A DNA stretch of 64,000 nt from positions 310,001 through 374,000 of the forward strand of contig NZ_JABEMC010000003.1 of assembly GCF_013004595.1 (NCBI RefSeq), written 5' to 3'. Below the pieces are notes generated by a model that worked only from the letters and a program-made list of their open reading frames with translations, was not told where the DNA came from and ran no database searches. Positions 58,224-64,000 of this stretch are shown piece by piece; the first letter of the stretch is position 1, and the number at the start of each line of letters is the position of its first letter. This stretch comes from Brevibacterium luteolum. Its GTDB lineage: Bacteria; Actinomycetota; Actinomycetes; Actinomycetales; Brevibacteriaceae. A program made the position numbers and the translations under genes.

Positions 58224-59027
58224 ATGTCCGCTCACCCCCGCACCGAACTCGATGCGACCCTGCCGAGCCTGCTGTTCGCGCTCACCGCCAGCGCGTGGCT
58301 GGCCGGCCGGGCGAGCCCTGATGACTGCGCTGAGGCGTATCTCACATCCGGGCACCCGGTGCCGCTGCTGATGGCCGATGATGCCCTCGATCCCGCCGCC
58401 GAGGTGCCGGCTGGGATGCTGCTGTCCCTGCCCAGGCTGTGGGCGGCTGGCATCGACCGGATCCGCTGTGTGCTCATCCATCCGAGCCTGCCGATCACCG
58501 TGCCGAAGGTCGACCGGGCCCACCGCCGGCTGCTGGCCGGCGCCCAGTCGGTCGCGGTCGCCGAAGCAGGTGGCCAGGCGCGTGCGCTCATCGTCATCGA
58601 CGCCGAGGCGGCGATGCGCTTCATCCCGTGCGCCCCGGTGCGTTCAGCCGGCCTCGGGGCGGTCAGTGCCGCCGAGGCGTCGCGTGAGCTGCGCCAGGCG
58701 ACGATGGAGGCGCTGGCGACTGTCGAGGCCTTACCCGAGGTGCCGGCTGGGATTGGCGACTGGCAGTGGCGGGACTGGCAGGCCGAGCTCACTGGCCCAC
58801 CGGCCGCCGCCGAGGCGGTGGCCGCGTTCTTACCCGACCCGGCCGATGCCCAGCAGCTCATCACCGCGCTCGAGATCCACGAGGCGATGCGCAGCGTGCT
58901 CGTCCCGGCAGCCGTGCAGCCCGCGCAGCTCGGAGCCGCGCTGGCCCGCGTCCACGCCGCCGCTATCGAGGTTGTCACTGCGGTGACCGCCGAGGCCCCT
59001 GCACCCAGGCAAGGCTCGGCTCCCTGA
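58224..59027 (+). CDS. Hypothetical Ala-rich protein
   Basis: Fills the gap between the ABC ATPase and serB; TACAGT 7 nt before ATG; SAWLAGRASPDD motif. Confidence 0.6.
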   Translation: MSAHPRTELDATLPSLLFALTASAWLAGRASPDDCAEAYLTSGHPVPLLMADDALDPAAEVPAGMLLSLPRLWAAGIDRIRCVLIHPSLPITVPKVDRAHRRLLAGAQSVAVAEAGGQARALIVIDAEAAMRFIPCAPVRSAGLGAVSAAEASRELRQATMEALATVEALPEVPAGIGDWQWRDWQAELTGPPAAAEAVAAFLPDPADAQQLITALEIHEAMRSVLVPAAVQPAQLGAALARVHAAAIEVVTAVTAEAPAPRQGSAP

Positions 59028-59061
59028 CAGCGCGGATGCCGGCGTGCGTAGACTGGTGCGC

Positions 59062-59868
59062 ATGCACAGGATCAGCATCGTGCGCACGGTCGCAGGCGGC
59101 ACACAGCCGGCCTTCTCCGTTGCCTCCAAGCTTGTGACCGACGACCAGCTGCCGGCCCAGCTCAGCCGCGCACATGAGATCGCCGAGGGCGCTGATGTCG
59201 TCGTCGTCCCGGCTCCCCTGGCCCGCACCACACCCAAGATCGTCGTCATGGACGTCGACTCGACCTTCATCGAAGACGAGGTCATCGATCTGCTGGCCGC
59301 CGAGGCCGGTGCGGCGAAGAAGGTCGCCAAGGTCACCGAGAAGGCGATGCGCGGCGAACTCGACTTCGAAGAGAGCCTGCGCGCCCGGGTGAAGACGCTC
59401 AAGGGCCTGCCGGAGAAGGTCCTCGACGATGTCCGTGCAGCCGTGACCCCAACCGGCGGGGCGGCCGAACTCGTGAGCCTCGTGCAGTCGAACGGCGGCC
59501 GGGTCGGTCTGGTCTCCGGGGGCTTCACCCAGATCCTCGCGCCGCTGGCCGAGCAGTTCGGGATCACCGACTATGCGGCCAACACTCTGGAGATCTCCGG
59601 CGGCAAGGTCACCGGCAAGGTCGAGGGACGAGTCGTCGACGCGAAGTTCAAACGCCGGTTCCTCCGGCAGCTGTGCGAAGATGCCGGGATGCCTGTTGAG
59701 GCGGCGGTGGCGATCGGCGACGGCGCCAACGACGCCCTCATGGTCCAGGAGGCCGGCCTGGGCATCGCGTTCTGTCCCAAGCCGGCCCTGGCCGAGGTGG
59801 CCGATGCGACAGTGTCCGTCCGCCGGCTCGACGCCGTCTGGGCAGCGGTCACCGGCCGCATGAACTGA
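59062..59868 (+). CDS. serB: Phosphoserine phosphatase
   Basis: MDVDSTFIEDEVID, AMRGELDF, VSGGF, GDGAND. Confidence 0.93.
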   Translation: MHRISIVRTVAGGTQPAFSVASKLVTDDQLPAQLSRAHEIAEGADVVVVPAPLARTTPKIVVMDVDSTFIEDEVIDLLAAEAGAAKKVAKVTEKAMRGELDFEESLRARVKTLKGLPEKVLDDVRAAVTPTGGAAELVSLVQSNGGRVGLVSGGFTQILAPLAEQFGITDYAANTLEISGGKVTGKVEGRVVDAKFKRRFLRQLCEDAGMPVEAAVAIGDGANDALMVQEAGLGIAFCPKPALAEVADATVSVRRLDAVWAAVTGRMN

Positions 59869-59880
59869 GCGAGGCCCCGC

Positions 59881-60360
59881 TCACTCGCGGAAACAGTGGA
59901 TCTCAGGTTGAGGGAAGCCGCCGGCGGCCACTCCCCAGGCCGGGAGGTCGAAGATCGCGATCGACGACGGCCTGAACTTCGTGTTCAGTTCGAAGTCGGC
60001 GCACAGTTCGGTGATGACCTCCGAGACCGTCGGCTCGTGCCCGACGATGTAGGCACCGGTCGAATCAGCCGGAATCGTGCTGATGACCTCCACCCAGTCA
60101 TCGACGTCGGAGTCGTACAGCGCCCCGTCGGCACGCACCTCCAGCTCGGTGCCGGCCTTCGCGAAGGCATCGGCGACGCCCTGAGCAGTCTGCATGGTGC
60201 GCAGAGCAGCGGAGCTGATGAGGCAGTCGAGCGGGTAGTCGGTGAGGAACTCACCGAGTCGGGCGGCTTCGGCGAAGCCTCCGTCGGTCAGCGGGCGGTC
60301 GAAGTCGTCCACCGGCGGCCGGTCGGCCTTGGCATGTCGGCCGATCACCAGATACGGCAT
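59881..60360 (-). CDS. SixA-like histidine phosphatase
   Basis: RHAKA, DFDRPLT, SSAALRTMQT, VGHEP. Confidence 0.88.
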   Translation of the reverse strand: MPYLVIGRHAKADRPPVDDFDRPLTDGGFAEAARLGEFLTDYPLDCLISSAALRTMQTAQGVADAFAKAGTELEVRADGALYDSDVDDWVEVISTIPADSTGAYIVGHEPTVSEVITELCADFELNTKFRPSSIAIFDLPAWGVAAGGFPQPEIHCFRE

Positions 60361-60428
60361 GGTGTCCTTTCACAGACGAACAGGTGACTCCTACGGTACG
60401 CGAGTTCTCCTCGCCCATGCACGCAGAA

Positions 60429-60458
60429 GCGCCCGGAAAGCACGAGCTTTCCGGGCGC
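60429..60458 (-). terminator. Hairpin downstream of fabI
   Basis: GCGCCCGGAAAGC-ACGA-GCTTTCCGGGCGC. Confidence 0.65.
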
Positions 60459-60507
60459 GTGTGATCCCGGCGGGTCGACGAGCGCCGACCGGCGGGCGGT
60501 TGGCCTA

Positions 60508-61266
60508 TCAGGCGCCGGTCGAGTGGAGACCGCCGTCGACGTGGACCATCTCACCGGTTGTCGCCGGGAACCAGTCCGACATGAGGGCGACGATCGCCTT
60601 GCCGGCCGGTTCGGTGTCGGTCTGGTCCCAGCCGAGCGGTGCCCGGTCGCCCCAGACGTCTTCGAAGGCGTCGAAGCCGGGGATCGACTTGGCAGCCGTC
60701 GTCTTGAGCGGGCCTGCCGAGACGAGGTTGCAGCGGATCTGGTCCTTGCCGAGGTACTTGGCGAGATACCGGTTGGTCGATTCGAGTGCTGCCTTGCACA
60801 CGCCCATCCAGTCGTAGGCCGGCCAGGCGACGGTTGCATCGAAGGTCAGGCCGACGACGCCGGCGCCGGGGTTCATGACCGGCTTGGCGGCCATGACGAT
60901 CGACTTCAGCGAGAACGCCGAGACCTGCATGGCGTTGGCGACCGACTCGAACGGGGTGTCGAGGAAGACACCGCCGAGGGCGTCCTTCGGGGCGAAGGCG
61001 ATCGCGTGGACGATGCCGTCGATGTTGCCGCCGAGGCGCTCGGGCAGTGCGGCCAGGTCCTCGTCGTTGGTGGCATCGAGTTCGATGACCTCAGCGGGCT
61101 TCGGCAGCCGTTCGGCGATGATCGAGGTGATCTTCATCTGCCGTCCGAACGACGACAGGATGACCTCTGCGCCCTGCTCCTGTGCCAGGCGGGCGGCGGC
61201 GAAGGCGATCGACGCCTCCGTCAGCACGCCGGTGACGAGAATGCGCTTGCCGTCAAGAATTCCCAT
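60508..61266 (-). CDS. fabI: Enoyl-ACP reductase FabI (InhA-type)
   Basis: GILDGKRILVTG..SIAF, AWPAYDWMGVCK, TTGEMVHVDGG. Confidence 0.95.
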   Translation of the reverse strand: MGILDGKRILVTGVLTEASIAFAAARLAQEQGAEVILSSFGRQMKITSIIAERLPKPAEVIELDATNDEDLAALPERLGGNIDGIVHAIAFAPKDALGGVFLDTPFESVANAMQVSAFSLKSIVMAAKPVMNPGAGVVGLTFDATVAWPAYDWMGVCKAALESTNRYLAKYLGKDQIRCNLVSAGPLKTTAAKSIPGFDAFEDVWGDRAPLGWDQTDTEPAGKAIVALMSDWFPATTGEMVHVDGGLHSTGA

Positions 61267-61335
61267 GTTCCCCAATCCTTCTCAAGATCTCGCAGCCGGC
61301 GTCCTGCCGCCAGGCTGCCGTGGTCAGTCCGTTGT

Positions 61336-62046
61336 TCAGTGTCCCATACCCAGGCCGCCGTCAACCGGAATGACGGCCCCGGAGATGTAGGCGGCCTCAT
61401 CGGAGGCGACCCAGCGCACCACGCGAGCGACCTCCTCGGCTTCGGCGAACCGCTTGGCCGGGATCTGAGCAAGGTATTCCTTCTGCTGTTTCTCCGGCAG
61501 CTCATCGGTCATATCGGTGCGGATGAAGCCCGGTGCCACGACATTGGCGGTGATGCCGCGCGAACCGAGCTCGCGGGTGATCGACCGCGCCAGGCCCACC
61601 AGGCCGGCCTTCGACGACGAGTAGTTCGCCTGCCCGGCCACACCGAGGAGACCGGAGACCGAGGAGATGAGCACGATGCGGCCGTACTTCGCGCGGATCA
61701 TCGAGGTGATACCGCGCTTGACGGTGCGGAAGGCGCCGGTGAGGTTGGTGTCGATGACGGCGCCGAACTCCTCGTCGTCCATGCGCATGAGCAGGTTGTC
61801 CTTGGTGATGCCGGCGTTGGCGACGACGATCTCGACCGGGCCGAGCTCGTCTTCGACCTGGGTGAACGCCGCGTCGATCGAGGCGGTGTCGGTGACATCG
61901 GCGGCAACGGCCAGCGCACCTTCGGGTGCCTCGCCGTTGCGGGAGGTCACGGCGACCTTGTGGCCTGCGGCGATGAATTCCTCGGCGATGGTGCGGCCGA
62001 TGCCGCGGTTGCCGCCGGTGACGAGGACGACGCGTGATTCAGACAC
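61336..62046 (-). CDS. fabG: 3-oxoacyl-ACP reductase FabG (MabA-type)
   Basis: TGGNRGIG, ANAGIT, YSSSK, VDGGLGMGH. Confidence 0.95.
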   Translation of the reverse strand: MSESRVVLVTGGNRGIGRTIAEEFIAAGHKVAVTSRNGEAPEGALAVAADVTDTASIDAAFTQVEDELGPVEIVVANAGITKDNLLMRMDDEEFGAVIDTNLTGAFRTVKRGITSMIRAKYGRIVLISSVSGLLGVAGQANYSSSKAGLVGLARSITRELGSRGITANVVAPGFIRTDMTDELPEKQQKEYLAQIPAKRFAEAEEVARVVRWVASDEAAYISGAVIPVDGGLGMGH

Positions 62047-62197
62047 GTGTGGGGGCTCCTTCTTCGTGCGATCGCCGCGTGGGAACGGCGCGGGCAGTGT
62101 GATGTCTCCAACCTAACGTACAGATGAAGTCCTTAAGTATCTGGGAGACAATAGGGCGGTAGGCTTTTGTATCTGAAAGCACGAGTCATGGAAGGCT

Positions 62198-62728
62198 ATG
62201 GCACAGAAGAGACCACGCACGCACATCACGGATGCCGACGAGTCTCACGAAGCCGACACCCGCGCCCGTTCCCGCCGCTACCTGCTGTCCATGGCCATCC
62301 GCATCACCTGCTTTGTCCTGGCCATCGTCACGACCGGCTGGGTGCGCTGGGCGTGTGTGGCCGGTGCGGTGTTCCTCCCGTGGATCGCTGTACAGATCGC
62401 CAATGCTGGCAAGGAGAACATCACCCGGACCAAGACCGCGCAGATCGACGGGCCGCCGCTGCCGGAGCTGCAGGCAGGCCGCAGCGATGCTGGTGCCGGT
62501 TCCGGTCCCGAGGCGGGCGGCGCCTCGAGTGCCGAGTCCGACGTGGTCGACGCGGAGGTGATCGGCGGATACACGGTCTCTCCCGGCAGCGCCTCCACAC
62601 CGGCTCATGACAGCAGGCAGGTCGACGACGAGGAAACGCACGATGTTGTAGAGGGCACCGTGGTCGAACCCGATGCGGATGGTACTCCTCCGCCTGCCGG
62701 TGAGGAGGACGGTGAGACCCGTGAGTGA
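62198..62728 (+). CDS. DUF3099 family protein with acidic C-terminal extension
   Basis: RRYLLSMAIRITCF, LPWIAVQIAN. Confidence 0.8.
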   Translation: MAQKRPRTHITDADESHEADTRARSRRYLLSMAIRITCFVLAIVTTGWVRWACVAGAVFLPWIAVQIANAGKENITRTKTAQIDGPPLPELQAGRSDAGAGSGPEAGGASSAESDVVDAEVIGGYTVSPGSASTPAHDSRQVDDEETHDVVEGTVVEPDADGTPPPAGEEDGETRE

Positions 62729-62930
62729 GCTGCGCTGCTCTGCCCGGGCCTGCAGTCGCCCGGCGGCCTTCGCGATGCTGTGGAACAACCCCCGGGTTCA
62801 CACCCCGGAGAGGCGAAAAGTATGGTTGGCCTGTGATGATCACCGGACCTACCTGCACGAGTACCTGCAGCTGCGCGGCCTGCTTAAGGACGACGTGCCG
62901 GTCGATGAGATCCCAGCAGGGGCTGGCTGA
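62721..62930 (+). CDS. Small conserved Cys/His-containing hypothetical protein
   Basis: CSARAC, WNNPRVH, WLACDDH, YLQLRG. Confidence 0.75.
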   Translation: MSELRCSARACSRPAAFAMLWNNPRVHTPERRKVWLACDDHRTYLHEYLQLRGLLKDDVPVDEIPAGAG

Positions 62931-63940
62931 TGGCTGCTAGCTCCTACCGCTTCATCCTCTCCTCCCGCTGGCTGCGCTACATCGCCTTGGCGGTTGTCGC
63001 TGCGATCGCCTGCGGATTCCTCGCCAACTGGCAGAACAACCGCCGTGAGGCCCGCGACGCTGAGATCGCCCACATCAATGCGAACTACCACGGCGAGGCC
63101 GAACCGCTCTCAGCGATCCTGCCTCAGCGTGATGCCGCGCTGCCCGATGAGCTCGACTGGAAGCGCTTTGAGACCCGCGGCACCTACGATGCCTCCTCGA
63201 CGATCCTCGTGCGCAACCGCAGCCTCGATGGGCAGGCCGGTTTCTATGTGCTCGTGCCGCTGGTCACCGAGGCCGGAGGCGAGCTGGCTGTCGTGCGCGG
63301 CTGGGTGCCCACCGGCCAGATGGGTGAGGCCCCGGACGTCTCCGCTCTTCCTGCTCCCCCGGCTGGGGAGGTCAGCATCACTGGCTGGCTGCGCACACCG
63401 CAGGAGGCCTCGGGAGAGACGGCCTCTGAGAACACCATCCGCAGCATCGACCCGGCGATCGTGCCGGGCATGAGCGCTCCGTATACCGGGACCTACGCGC
63501 AGCTCGAAGGCGAGGACCCGGCCCCGGCTGAGCGCCTGACATCCCTGCCGCCGCCGAGCACCGATCCCGGTTCCCACCTGTCGTATACGTTCCAGTGGAT
63601 CGTGTTCGGGATCATGATCCTCGGTGGCGTCTTCTACGCCGCCCGCCGGGAGCGCATCAGCCGTGATCTCGAAGCCGCCGAGCAGGCTGGCCGGGCTCCG
63701 CGCACGGAGTACGTCGTCGTCGACAAGGACACGATTGCCGCCGGCCGTTCCCGCGGGCGTGCCAGCACCCCAGCCGGCCGTGCCTCGCGGTACGGCAGCG
63801 CCGGCCCGCGCAGGACTGCTGCCCGCCGCAGCGCAGCGGCAGCCAGCCGGACAGCCGGTGCGACGGCTGTGTCAGCGCGGCGCAAGCAGGGCTCGGCAGA
63901 GGATGCTGAGGACGCGCTGCTCGACGAGCAGGGCTTCTGA
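62930..63940 (+). CDS. SURF1 family protein
   Basis: LANWQ, VLVPL, VVRGW, HLSYTFQW. Confidence 0.9.
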   Translation: MAASSYRFILSSRWLRYIALAVVAAIACGFLANWQNNRREARDAEIAHINANYHGEAEPLSAILPQRDAALPDELDWKRFETRGTYDASSTILVRNRSLDGQAGFYVLVPLVTEAGGELAVVRGWVPTGQMGEAPDVSALPAPPAGEVSITGWLRTPQEASGETASENTIRSIDPAIVPGMSAPYTGTYAQLEGEDPAPAERLTSLPPPSTDPGSHLSYTFQWIVFGIMILGGVFYAARRERISRDLEAAEQAGRAPRTEYVVVDKDTIAAGRSRGRASTPAGRASRYGSAGPRRTAARRSAAAASRTAGATAVSARRKQGSAEDAEDALLDEQGF

Positions 63941-63958
63941 GCGACTGTTCTGATCGCC

Positions 63959-64000
63959 TCAGGCGAGGGTGACGAGGTCGAGGTACTCGGCGCTCCAGTG
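63959..64000 (-). CDS. 3' end of a gene entering from the right edge, probably an ABC-F family ATPase
   Basis: Minus strand reads HWSAEYLDLVTLA-stop, resembling actinobacterial ABC-F C-termini; only 13 codons visible. Confidence 0.5.
   Translation of the reverse strand, partial: HWSAEYLDLVTLA

Noticed and set aside
60508..62046. fabG-fabI pair as evidence of mycolic acid synthesis
   Set aside because: This pair also occurs in non-mycolate Actinobacteria, and no other mycolate genes are in the window.
153..63953. Numerous long antisense or alternate-frame ORFs (e.g. 49642-51024 +, 51127-52650 +, 60523-62037 +, 41860-43314 +)
   Set aside because: Shadow ORFs typical of high-GC DNA that overlap well-supported genes and have no family motifs.
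1..64000. CRISPR array, rRNA, transposase, integrase or prophage genes
   Set aside because: No regularly spaced repeat-spacer pattern or recognisable mobile-element protein motif was seen.

Overview
High-GC actinobacterial chromosome segment; gene order suggests Micrococcales, possibly Brevibacterium-like (inference only). Most of it is core genome. From left to right: helY-tatC-tatA-pafC-pafB; DUF3866; two FKBPs; the Pup-proteasome locus (pafA, prcA, prcB, pup, dop, arc, trmI); an S2P protease; a RecB-like nuclease; HAD; PAC2; the mshC neighbourhood; uppP; an M20 peptidase; tRNA-Leu(GAG); a TetR-linked fatty-acid cluster; metX-metY; a LexA-boxed imuA-imuB-dnaE2 cassette; trmL; L31B; serB; fabI-fabG; SURF1. 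Two accessory blocks stand out. One is an sqdB-sqdX sulfolipid operon with a PHO-box-like repeat, plus an HNH-repeat protein, between the M20 peptidase and the tRNA. The other is a type IC-like restriction-modification operon with no visible integrase. Best leads: (1) a PafBC/RecA-NDp-type DNA-damage promoter in front of hsdM, nearly identical to the one before the RecB-like nuclease; (2) sulfolipid synthesis genes in an actinobacterium; (3) an ARC ATPase lacking the GQYL proteasome-docking tail although prcAB are intact; (4) an aldo-keto reductase that appears catalytically degenerate. All family calls come from motif recognition by eye; no searches were run.
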